Made by a program: the position numbers and the translations under genes. From Ophelia neglecta (lineage: Eukaryota): a stretch of DNA of 64,000 nt. The stretch covers positions 54,126,001-54,190,000 of the forward strand of contig OZ260661.1 of NCBI GenBank assembly GCA_965285935.1. Direction: 5' to 3'. Of the stretch, positions 12,601-23,599 are shown piece by piece; position 1 is the stretch's first letter; each line of letters starts with the position of its first letter. The notes beneath the pieces are model-generated. The model was not told the DNA's origin. It saw only the letters and a program-made list of their open reading frames with translations, and made no database searches.

Positions 12601-15600
12601 ATATGAACACACACACTAAATGACTGGCTTTTTCAACACATCTATGGAGATAAAATCACTTACTGCTGAAAGTCTGCGTCCCGAGTGAAAGTGGATTAAA
12701 TGGGATGCAACGAAACATTTTAAACAGAAACTCGAAAATTAAAAGATAAAACCTAACTTTATAGCTTTTCCCTATAAAACTAACCTGTTGATGTAGAGAA
12801 TTCTGTAGGTTCCAATGTATCGACATCTGTCAATGTCCGTGTACTTTCCATACTGCTGAAACTAAAGCTGTCAAGAGAGGAAGGGGAGATGGCGGTGGTA
12901 ATTGTATTTTGCGATGCCGCGTTGGTATCAGGCGAGGTGGTGGTAGTCGTAGTAGGGATGGTAAGCGGGGTTAATTCTACAGGTGGTGAGGTCCCTGATT
13001 CCGCACCTGCAGTCGACCCTATACTAGTGTCCATACTACTGAAACTAAAGTGTATTATCGAGACAGGGGTGGTGGGAGTGGGGCCGGGAGTTGGATTGTC
13101 GGTGGGGTTGGGGGTGGGGTTGGGGGTGGGGTTGGGGGTGGGGTTGGGGGTGGTTTTGCTAGTGCTGGCAGTGCCTAGGTTAGTGGTGGTAGAGAGTGTG
13201 TGGAGGTATTCGGTTATGGAGGTTGTAATTGAGGTCGTTGCGTCATAGTCTGTGGTTTCAATTTCAGCGGGCGTTCCAGAAGAGGTATCTGGGGATGGGG
13301 TGGTTTCTAATCGAGTGGGTATACCTGAGGAGGTATCTTGTGAGGCGGTAGACGGCTCACTTGTCTGTATTTCTGCGACAGTGCTAAAAGTAGTTTCTAT
13401 TGAGGATGAAAACGTTGATTCGTCTATGGGAGTTGTTAATGCAGTAGTGGATTCAACAGGCGTGGTTGATTCTCTTGTAGTAGTCGTTTCTGTGTAAGAA
13501 GTAGAGTCTTCTGCCGTTGTTTCCAAACTGGCACTTGTTGATTCTCTTGCAGTTGTTAATTCCTCTGCTGTGCTAGCTATAATAATAACTTAAAGCTATA
13601 AACTATGTTATACTTGTAGGCGTCAAAGCCAGAATTAACTTATTACCATCCAACAAATACAACACAAATTTATAAATGAGGCCCAACACCTAATATAATG
13701 AAGCAAAACTCAATTGGCACTCAGGTCAACACTTCCACAGCAAACTAAAGACTTCCGCCAGCACCATAAACGATGCTTTCTTATGTAACAAAGCAAACAA
13801 CTACATAGCGTTACCTCTAACAAACCCCAAGGCTTAATTATAATACAGATAATGGCCGAATGCATTTCTCTTGATAACGTATAATTCAGCATCAGATAGG
13901 GTGAAAAATAGATGGAGTTAGGTGAACCGAACATCATAGGTGTTATATAACATTATCAACTGGCAGAACGTCTTCTAGTTGTAACTTAAATGGCTCTTAT
14001 TGCAAATTTATGATAAAGTGTACATGCACAACCTGGAGTTCCTGGCGTTGTTGGAGTCGTCTCAATTGTCGATGGTATTTCTGTAAAAATTGGACAACTA
14101 TTTATATATCGTTATATATTTTATTTGCCACATTAAATATTAAACCTCTTTCCAAACAAATGCATAATAACTTTAATAATTTGTTGTATATAAAACCACT
14201 TACCTATATTTGCATAATTATCATGATAATCAGCGAAAATATGTTATACATGTATTATAATCACTTTATGCCTAACATTACTAGAATACAAGAAGCGAAA
14301 CAATTAAATATACCGTTATAGGCCTATTAGATTTTATGTTTAAAATGTTCTGTGACTATATACTGCTTAGTGTTGGTCTATTTTTTTCTGCCATTTGAAG
14401 ACACTCCTTATTATGGAACTGGAATGCATTAGACTGGGAATGAACTAAAAGAGAATCCTTAGAAAACATTAATAGTTGGAATAATCAACCCAGAAGTAAA
14501 CGGAATATATAATAGTTATGGGGCAAAAATATAAAAAAGGTCATCAATCGATACTATTGAAATCTGTATTTTATTAGATTTAGTAATTTTGTCGTTTCCC
14601 GGTCCCTGGTCCAACTAACTGAGTAGTATGACTAGTAAGTCAGTGTAGGAAATGTTTGAATTTATTTTGGATGAACAAAGCTATATTCATAGTAGACACT
14701 ACCATTGACCAAGATCAACAAATGACTGAGATATAAGCTAAAAGATAATGGAATTATTACTCCAATCGCTACACGAAGGTAATACTAGAAATCGTCAATT
14801 TGGGACTGTAACTCAATATATGCTTATCTTGTTAAGTGTTGTTCGTTGTATATACTATCGTAATCTGATCGCAGATTTTTATGTATAATGTTGTTTACAT
14901 TATTTGTGGAAAAGCGCGTCGAAAAGTATAAAGTTAGTTTTGCATAGTCGAGCATCACTTGATTGGTTAATCAATTTGACGAAAAAAGTTTGAAGCAGTG
15001 AAATATATACATCTCTTTTACAATTACCAAAATTTGTTTCAATAAGAATAATTAATGGTAGGTTCAAATAAAATAGTTCCTGCGAACAATTGCAAGGTTT
15101 ACTTTTCTTCATAAGTTAATCATCAATCGTCTCTTATACGTCCAAGTATTGTTTGTACGCTTTTTTCCCCCAAGATATTAAATGAGACGGTACTTACCTG
15201 ATACTGTGGAGTCCATGGCGGCCACCGTAGTAGGGACTGTTTCCGGGGTTGTTGTGTCAGGTGTTGTTTCGGAGGTAGACCGTAGTGACGTAGAACTCGG
15301 GATGGTAGTCATATCAGTAGACATGAGCGAGGACGAGGTCGTGTCGATTGGATAGGTGACATTTGAGCACAAAGCATATCTGACTGTATCGCAGTTCTGG
15401 TCTGATTTCCACGGGTAGTGTACTCCAGTGGCTGGTGATTCTTTTCCCAGATAACCACAACCAGTTACAGGACTACCAGGGTACCAGTTTGACCAGCCAG
15501 TCATTGTTGAGCCTGAGGTAGAGAATATGAAATACAGCAATTAATTTGATATATACATATCATATCTAGCAGATAATGGGAGCAAATGAAAGAAATTGCT

Positions 15601-18600
15601 TTGAGTAGAGCTTGCAGATAAGTACCATTCTATGAAAGATGATGTGTGGCTACATGCTGCGATGCATTTAAAGATGTAGTTTGATCACATGATTGTTTTA
15701 CCTTCTACCCATTCCCAGTCACCACGATGCAAACCAGTCCATAAGCCATTCACCCAAGGACCTATTAGTCCTTCACTGCTGTAGTTTGCATTTAGTTCGG
15801 CTGAAACGCTATCAATAATGTCGTTTTCGATTGTTGCTAGCCAAGCATCACTCGCAACCTCACAATTACTACGAGATGTATACCAATCTGTGTCTGAAGT
15901 GTCTTGTGAATAAACATGGAACCTTCGGTCTCCAACATCAAACGTAAAAGCACCCTCCATTTCTGTAGAGGTACCTGTAATAACCAGAATTCAGAGACGT
16001 CAATTATTTCTCATGCATGATGATCAATAAATAAATATAAATAAACATTTTATTTCCTTAGAATGTGCCATTCTTGCAGGAAACTACATTTTACCTGATT
16101 CTAAATCACCTATAGGGATATGTATCACATTGAAAGAGCAAAATTTGCGTCAGTTTTATACGCGTTACAATTAAATTATTTAGTTATTTATTTTGCACTA
16201 TAATCGACCCCTTTCTTATAATTATATTACTGTCCTTGGAAATATTTTGTATTGATAAACGTGGCCGCTGGTGACTTTTATAGGTAATGCACACAACTCT
16301 ATTAGTTCACTAGCAGCACCTAAATCAAATGTTTCGTTGGGATCGACCTAACAGATGTGTGAAATTTCCCAACAAAACTCATCTGCCGCCATGAAGATGA
16401 CCGTACCTCTGTACGGCCATAACTACCTACACTGTGACTGACAGATAGTGTGATTGGTCAAACAGCACACGTGTCAAGCCCAAAAAAGAATCTTATTGTC
16501 TTTCTTCTATTGTTTTTCGTATTTTGCTTTGTCCGTTTTTTGCTTTTTCGTATAAACTTGGTATCGAGAATAGAAGGGAATTACTCTTTATGAACATTTG
16601 AAGTTCATGAACAATGTACTGAAGCAAGGAGGAGTATTTATTTATTTATTTACCGGAGTAGTATGACCAGATTACATTCTCCCTGTTGGCGTTTAGCGGT
16701 TTAGATTACACAATTCACAAACATTGGATGAGATGAAAATATAAATGATGCAGGGCTTTGCTAGTTTAGAACACATGTAACTAATATGCTTTTTAAATAA
16801 TTTGGATCCAGCCATACACCAAGATATTTATAATCACTAAAACTTGTTTCAGTACAGACCGTTCAAATTCCAGTTAAATAGCACAGTTGTATACTGACAA
16901 TCTTTTGGAAGTTTGGTATGTTAACTGTTGAGATTTATATGTAAACAATTAAAAAAATATAGCAAATCAGTTTATTTTATGCCAAGCAATTCGGTCTGAT
17001 TTTAAAGGAAGATGTCACCGTCGACAGCATCTCCATCATGTATTAGATGCATGAAACAAAACCGGAACCATGGGGCTCTCTATTAATATGAAGGGTGGCT
17101 TCGCAGATGGCGAAATTGTGTGCGAAAGTGCACAGGAATTCATCAAATGCAATAAATGTTTTGGAGAAATGTTATTGTCTCACCTGATTCGCAAATGTAA
17201 TGAAAACTGGTTGACGACTTGTGATTACCAAAACGCCATTCATTTGATGGATCACCCAGGTTTGATATATATCCGGATGTTTTCTCCGGATCGGTTTCCG
17301 GCAGGTCAGGTAACCAACTTACGCCACCTTATAGGAAGTTAAGTAAAGTTTGTAATATATTTCGCCTATTATAAGCAAATAATTCATCACATCGGAAAGA
17401 ATGTATTTCCAAACATCTATATTCGGGAGAAAGTTGTTGTTAGGAACCAATCAGAAATTATTATTGACACATATATTGACAAATGTTGGCCTCTTTACGG
17501 GACGGGGGGGGGGGGGGGGGGGGGGGCTGGGGGTCGAACAAACATCATTGATACTGGGAGGCTGAAAATGAGTCCACGCGATTCCTGCCATCAATCGCTT
17601 CCTCCCTTTATCGCAGCATTGCCAGATTGCTTCCTTTTTTCGTATTTTAATTCACTTACTTGAGGGAATCAAGTTAATTTCTGCTGCGTACTCGACATTA
17701 TATACTTATTATGGTAAAGCAAGTTCCTGTTTCCCAATTTAATGAAATGTGCACCCAAGCGAATGTGTCGACCAATACTCAAATACCCTTTGTCTTTCAA
17801 TGAATGAATAAAGTGGCTGGTTATAACCTGGTTTCTCTTTCTTTTTTCAACCGGACTATAAACAACTGATATATGAGCATTTGAATTTTACCAAAAGTTT
17901 GTAACCAGGTTTGAACCCCGGACTCGGATGTGGCAGGCTCCCATGCTTGAACTATTACGCCACGAGTTCATATTAATAGCTAGCATGTAAATTTTCTTAA
18001 TGGTGCTGGGTACAACATATTGAAAGCAGGTCAACCACAATTTAATCAGCTGGAGGTCAGGACCTAGGCTACATTCTCGCCAAATCGGTAGTTTTTGAGG
18101 TAATTTGTGCACAGACATACACCTACGGACACACACACTCACACACACACCCTCACACACCCTCACGTTCGTGTATTTTCTTACGAGATCGGACTAGGCT
18201 TAGGAGGTCGCATCATTTGGACCTGTGAGATACGCGAGTAGTTCGCAGGTCCAGTGAGGTCGCCCAGAAACACACCATGATCTCAGAGGGCAAACTATTG
18301 GTCTCCTAAATCAACCAAGCTTGACCTCCAAAGGCCCAGTTAAAGAAACACTAGGGACCGCTTGTGTTTAGCTACTGTGTTGCTAAGAATGTTTTGTGTT
18401 TAATTATTCGAGTAGGTAAGGTTATTTTGTGTTAAGGCTAAGGATGTTTTGAGTATAGGTATCTTTTGTATTAGATATTTTAGTCGCTAAGAATGTTTTC
18501 TGTTTAATTATCAGAATCGCTAGGGATATTTGTGTTTAGTTATTAGTAGAAAAGCCAAGGGTGCCACGCATTCAATTATTACGGTGGCGAGTTAAGATTG

Positions 18601-21600
18601 TGTTTAATACTCAATATATATTAGATAGAAAGTGTTTAGTTTTGGAGGGGGTTAAACGCGCTCAGGCTTGATAAGTAAAGCTCCAGGTCTTCTCCGAATC
18701 AGCTCAACTTTAACACCGCTAAAAGTAAAAGGCCATTAAGAGCGATGGCCCGTACTTGACCCGTTTTGTGACAATTACCTTTAGTTTGGTGAATTCCAAA
18801 CTTACTCCGTAAGCGAAATATATTTTGCCACAAGTTTTGGTCTATTTCAGTCCGTCCCGGGACATAAGCAAAACACTGTTCAAGTCACATGTTATCACAT
18901 TGTAAGAAAGTATCATGTTGCAGGTTAAATGTTAAATGTATGGGTTTTAACGTCCCTTTCAACACTTGAGAGGTCATATCGGGACAGGGAGTCTCTTGGA
19001 AAGATGAGGCGAAGGTCTGATGAATCACTCCCCCCGACACAAGGTTAGGTTGAAAACAGCCCTCTCAAGCTGGGTTCGAACTCAGACCTTGGAGGTCATG
19101 TTGCAGGTTCCAGTGTGGATCAGTCAGGACCAGATCTTATTGTTTGTCTTTAATCTGTCTTTTCCAAGTGTTTTAATATTAAACGCCTTGAAAATTTCCT
19201 TGATCATGTTAAAATTTCTGTCATACTACAACCCTAAATGCCATGACTGACAATTGTCTTAGAATACTTCTTCTACTTTTCTAATACAGTTTATTTTTAT
19301 ATATAATTATGTTTTGTAGAGAGGGATATTATTATTTTTCTTAACAAGCGACGTAAATAAATAAATTGATATAAAGCGATAGTTTGGGGTTTAATATCCC
19401 TCTAACATCTTACTCTGGTTAAGATTAGTTTTTCCAATGTGTATGCGAGGATCATTACTCAGTCTTATAGGCCTAGCATTGTTCTAGTTGTTAGTTTTAT
19501 TTTCACATTGTCCCATGTATATTTTATGTATATTATTACCATGTGACTTTAAGCCTTGTTCTTATTTTTGATATTACCATTGCTATTATCATTAACATCA
19601 TTATAATAATATCAAATAGGTTTTACATTTTACCAATTAAGGAGAGTCACAGGGGTAATTATTAAACATGTATATTTTATTTCATTTGTTTGAAGTTCTT
19701 GGTTGATAGATTGAAAATATAGAAAGAAAAACATGGGTAGCGGACCTCATTTTTTTGCTGTGTCCTGTTGAAAATTCTTTGAAAATAGAGGCTTGGCTCA
19801 GGTTTTATAATGGGAGTATATGGGAAAATGGGCCCAATAGTTTAAGAGTGATCAGAAATTGCTTAAAAAAGATTCAACAAGTCTGATTTTTTCTTCTTAC
19901 TTTGTTGTACACATATCAATCTTTCAAATGATTTATAATTTTCATATGCTTACGGCACTATTTTTTTCTGCATTGAACAAAATTCATTGCCCAAATGTTA
20001 AAATATTGAAATTGTGATATTCAGCGACATTTGACCTATGACCTTGAGCTTGAAAAGGTTAGGTCATGATAGTATATGATGCACAATAGTTGGTTGCCTA
20101 TATGGGGGTACTTTTTTCAAAGCAATGTGCATCATAAGTCTAGATATATTTCATTTTATTCTTTTTATAAATTTTGCTATTGGTATAGGTTATTATGGTA
20201 ACAGGCCTGTTTTTGGGTGAGGCACAATCACATATTTTCAAAGTCTTGCCGATTCCCATGAAAGGAATAATGGCGAATATTTGTGTATTGGTTTCAACCT
20301 TCTGCATGATGTTTAATTCCCCCCCCCCCCCCCAATTTTCCACCATTTTGCCAATGGTAGCCCAGTGACCAGTCTGAGATTATGAGGCTTACTGCATGTT
20401 GCAATACGTTTCAAATTGCACACTACTGTATGTTCTTTTTGCAAAGATCCACTCAACATGATGTTCAATACAAGGCGGTTTACTGCCCTGTGCCCCCCTG
20501 TGAACTACGGCGAAAGTCAGCTATGAACTAATCGCACGTTTTTGAAGGTCTGAATACTTATGAATATAATTTAAATAAATAGTAATTACAATACAGGTAT
20601 TAGGAATACAACATCGTATGAACTTACTCGCATCTGCGCCACCAATCCAAGTCCAAGTGTCGCTTGAAGAGAATTGGGCACCAAACCAGATTTCATCCTG
20701 ACCAAATGTGTCCAGATTCTGATCAAGGAAAGCTTGGTCCTCCTTATCAGCTATCACCGCTAGGTCTCCTCCGCTAGCCTGGCAGGCGCCTCTAGCTGTT
20801 GACCATGAACCGCTTGACGAAGACACCTCGTAACAAACTTCCCCACCCACTTGGCATATTGATACGTCTAATTAAACGAAATACAGATTAGGGGATAACA
20901 TATTTTTCTCATGGAGAAGTGCTATGACGTACCAACAAGTATTATGGACATTATATAGTACGATATATGGACAGACAGAATATACTGGTGATTAACATCA
21001 AACTACGAATTGTAAATTTGTGTTTTCAATAGATATTGAAAATTCATACTTTAGAATTAGGTTAGATTACATTTGCATGTACAATGTACATGTACGTATG
21101 TGTTTATGTATGTGTGTTTATATGCGCGTGTGCGGGTGTGGGTGTGTACAGTATGTATGTATGCAGATATCGATGTCGATGTATTTTTAGTTTACAACGC
21201 ATATAGATATATTAATGTAAGTTTTTTTTAAAATAACCATGCAACCTGAAGCAAAGAAACCTTTGGAAGGGGATCTTAACATACTGTATATGTTGTTTAC
21301 AAAGAAACAAAAGAAAAACCTCATCAGCTTTAAATACGTCTGCCTCAGCCTGATGGCAAATTCATCTATATCTATCTACAATATTATCGACAAGTTGGCC
21401 GATCAAGTAGGAACCAAATAATAGGCCTATTTATAACTACAATTGCAGCAAACCACGATAGCATGTTACCACATTCTGGCCTGAGTCAATGTGCGCCTGA
21501 ATGGCGGCAATCTCGGGCACAGATAACGGTACCCCCCCCCCCTCTCCGTGGGTTGGGTGGGGGGCCGCATGCGCGTTCACGATTTCTCGGTAAAAGGGGT

Positions 21601-23599
21601 ACTTTTTGGGCTTTGATCTCGAGCCCGGAAAAGGGGTACATTTTCGTTTTTTTCTCCCGAGAAATTGAAAAAAAAGGGTCTTTTTTATCAGCCTCCCTAG
21701 AAATTGGAAAAAAAGGTTTGGATAGTTACCCGAGAATGGGGGTTGATAAATGAGAACACCCCTTCCATCTCCCACGCCTTTCTATGTGTTCAATTTAAAT
21801 ATTTTACCTCATGTTGATGCCCCCTATAAAAGGGGGTTAGGTGCTTCCTGGAGCCTAAGAATAGGGGGGTGATATTTCATCAAGCCTGAGTTAGGGGGGT
21901 AAAAACGGTACTTGTATCAGTATGGTAGTTTCAAAGAAATCGTAACAAAAACCTGTACTTTAGGCCTATAGCATGTCATATTAAAAAGTATGGGTCCGTG
22001 GAGGGGGGGGGGTAGCTGTCGGACGAGCTACGCCATCCACGGCCTCATAATTTACGAGTACATGTGCTCTTCTCTGCCACTCACTGGCTGTCTGGTCAGT
22101 ACACAGGTACGCGAGGCGCTTGTCCGTTCCTGCCTACTATTACTAAAGGTATGATTCTACGTACACTGGCTGTGGGGCTAGTATTTATTGGGACCTTCCT
22201 AACTTCGCTGCTACCTTACTTCAGCGGTGATTTTTGGCTGCCGTTGCTATTATTGGGAGTAAATAAATCACAAAAGACCTTTAATCGAACCTGGGGTTGG
22301 TTTTATTTGATTTAAGTGGTCTCTCGACTAAAAAGAGACTAATCTTTTCATGTACATGTAATGCATTGGTTACCGTGCCTGAACATAGTTCACGCTCCGC
22401 GAGTCCGTCCATCATCAAGTTTATTTCTATGAAGAATCATTTCTGATCCACACATTTACAGTTAATAAAATACTTACATAAAACACATAACCAGAATATT
22501 GATTGCAGTAACGTTATACACACATATATATATACAAGACATGCTAGAAATGCCACCAAAAAACCTGGTACATCAGTGTCCATATTTTTCCCCCGCATGG
22601 CCGGTGGCCATCATTCCCATTATGAGTAATGACCACCGCCAACACAAGGAAAAGAATAGCGTAAATCTATAGCTCACAGGACGACCAGAGCGCACACCTA
22701 CTGCTAGCCTTTGAATAATAATATATATCTCTATATGTTTCAAGGTGTCTATATAGGTCAAACCGATTGTAAGGACATACCTTTAAACAGTATATCTCTT
22801 TTAACGAATAAATCATTAAACACGGGTCTCACAAATTTGCAGCCAAGAAACACGCTTAAAGTAAGATATCAGCGACCAAATGAAGGTCCTGACAAGCTGC
22901 TAGTGTAACGGTGCGGCATTAATACTATGCGCACTGCGGATATTCATACCTTCAGTTGAAGTAGGTATAGTATCCGTCACGCGCCTCGGGTACCTGTGGG
23001 TTAGTGTATGGAACACTCGCTCTTGTTCAGAAAATATCGCAGATTGTTTTTAAATAAAGCTGGAATAAAAGTATTGTTCTACAATACGGATTAAAATGTT
23101 TAAACCACATATATGCTATTTGGCGGGTGACTGAAAAGGGGAAACGATTCCTGCACATATTACAGTAGGCCAAGTCAGGCCTATACCCGAACGTCATGTT
23201 ATCTTAAATTTGATTGTTAAAATGATAATAATCCTGCATTTGGATCGGTTATCAGTTGAATGGCTTGAATGGTGAACGCTTATTATCAAAAAGACGCGTA
23301 TGCATACACTCGAATTAAGGATTAAAAATTTTCAAATGCATATAGGCCTAGGCCTATATATCATTTAGACCGATGATTTTTGGTGTAAAACGTCCAAACG
23401 TTTTCAAGTATATTCCACCATATAATGTGATCCTTAGATTTTTTTCATCATTACGGCTAGTTAAAAATAGCACAAGCAATTCGTAATATATCTTTGAAAA
23501 AAAGAAAGACATACTTTGCGCTATCACTCCTTCAAGACTTAATACTGCAAAAATAATGTGTATGATCCTAGAAGAAGGGCCCATTGTCCTGAGATCCAT
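9650..23599 (-). CDS. Gene A: type I membrane protein (signal peptide, 2 CTLDs, Ser/Thr/Pro mucin stalk, TM, acidic Tyr-motif cytoplasmic tail), ~1189 aa
   Basis: Phase-compatible GT-AG exons: 23599-23515 (MDLRTMGPSSRIIHIIFAVLSLEGVIAQ), 20867-20628, 17327-17184, 15974-15702, 15512-15198, 14080-14033, 13576-12785, 12291-12058, 11663-10953, 10841-10742 (TM AWVIAVSSAMVLLLLVTAVILIVFLIRRK), 10416-10319, 10179-9650. Sum 3570 nt, divisible by 3, ending TAA. CTLD hallmarks: CY..W..AR..C...GG.LA, WFGA/WTGL, WxW, YICE/ALC. Confidence 0.85.
11299..11643 (-). repeat. Coding minisatellite: 5 x 69 nt (23-aa unit SVSEGSITSDSEGTGTVLPGTGT) in the gene A stalk
   Basis: Five consecutive 23-residue units in the translation; the DNA ACACTGGTTCCCGTACCCGGTAGTACAGTGCCTGTACCTTCT is repeated. 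Confidence 0.9.
13080..13153 (-). repeat. 12-nt coding repeat encoding (TPNP)n in the gene A stalk
   Basis: Tandem GGGGTTGGGGGT units; TPNPTPNPTPNPTPNPTDNPTPGPTP. Confidence 0.9.
15198..15974 (-). CDS. Gene A exons 4-5 (15974-15702, 15512-15198): CTLD2 and start of stalk
   Basis: DWYTSRSNC...WLATI...LWTGLHRGDWEWVEG | STMTGWSNWYPGSPVTGCGYL...PWKSDQNCDTVRYALC; canonical splice sites, phase 1. Confidence 0.88.
17184..17327 (-). CDS. Gene A exon 3: C-terminal half of CTLD1 (not in ORF track)
   Basis: SGVSWLPDLPETDPEKTSGYISNLGDPSNEWRFGNHKSSTSFHYICES; 144 nt, phase 1-1, AG acceptor, GTGAGA donor. Ends in the CTLD-terminal YICE motif; size matches equivalent exons of genes B (138 nt) and C (144 nt). 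Confidence 0.8.
18362..18545. repeat. Degenerate ~30-35-bp minisatellite (GCTAAGAATGTTTTGTGTTTAATTAT-like)
   Basis: Recurring GCTAAG(A/G)ATGTTTT and TGTTTA units. Confidence 0.5.
18927..19095 (-). mobile_element. 5'-truncated tRNA-derived SINE in gene A intron 2
   Basis: 14-bp TSD TCATGTTGCAGGTT at 18913-18926 and 19096-19109; B-box-like GTTCGAACC on the minus strand near 19075-19083; 3' end ...TGTTGAAAGGGACGTTAAAACCCATACATTTAACATTT. Confidence 0.75.
20628..20867 (-). CDS. Gene A exon 2: N-terminal half of CTLD1
   Basis: VSICQVGGEVCYEVSSSSGSWSTARGACQASGGDLAVIADKEDQAFLDQNLDTFGQDEIWFGAQFSSSDTWTWIGG; AG at 20868-9, GTAAGT at 20622-7. Confidence 0.9.
22478..22583 (-). CDS. Possible alternative first exon of gene A (long hydrophobic leader)
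   Basis: ATG at 22583 gives MDTDVPGFLVAFLACLVYIYVCITLLQSIFWLCVL, then a phase-1 GTAAGT donor (22472-22477) compatible with the 20867 acceptor. Confidence 0.4.

Noticed and set aside
10985-13497. Val/Gly-rich plus-strand ORFs (also 39204-40680, 53120-53458, 62269-62772, 63641-63841)
   Set aside because: Antisense shadows of Thr/Ser/Pro-rich mucin exons on the minus strand.
16421-16480. HTICQSQ-like CTLD end with a GT donor in gene A intron 3
   Set aside because: In-frame TGA just upstream with no acceptor; 17184-17327 is the better exon.
17504-17533. Long poly-G runs as G-quadruplex elements
   Set aside because: Homopolymers are common here, many inside repeats, and their lengths are error-prone; nothing indicates function.
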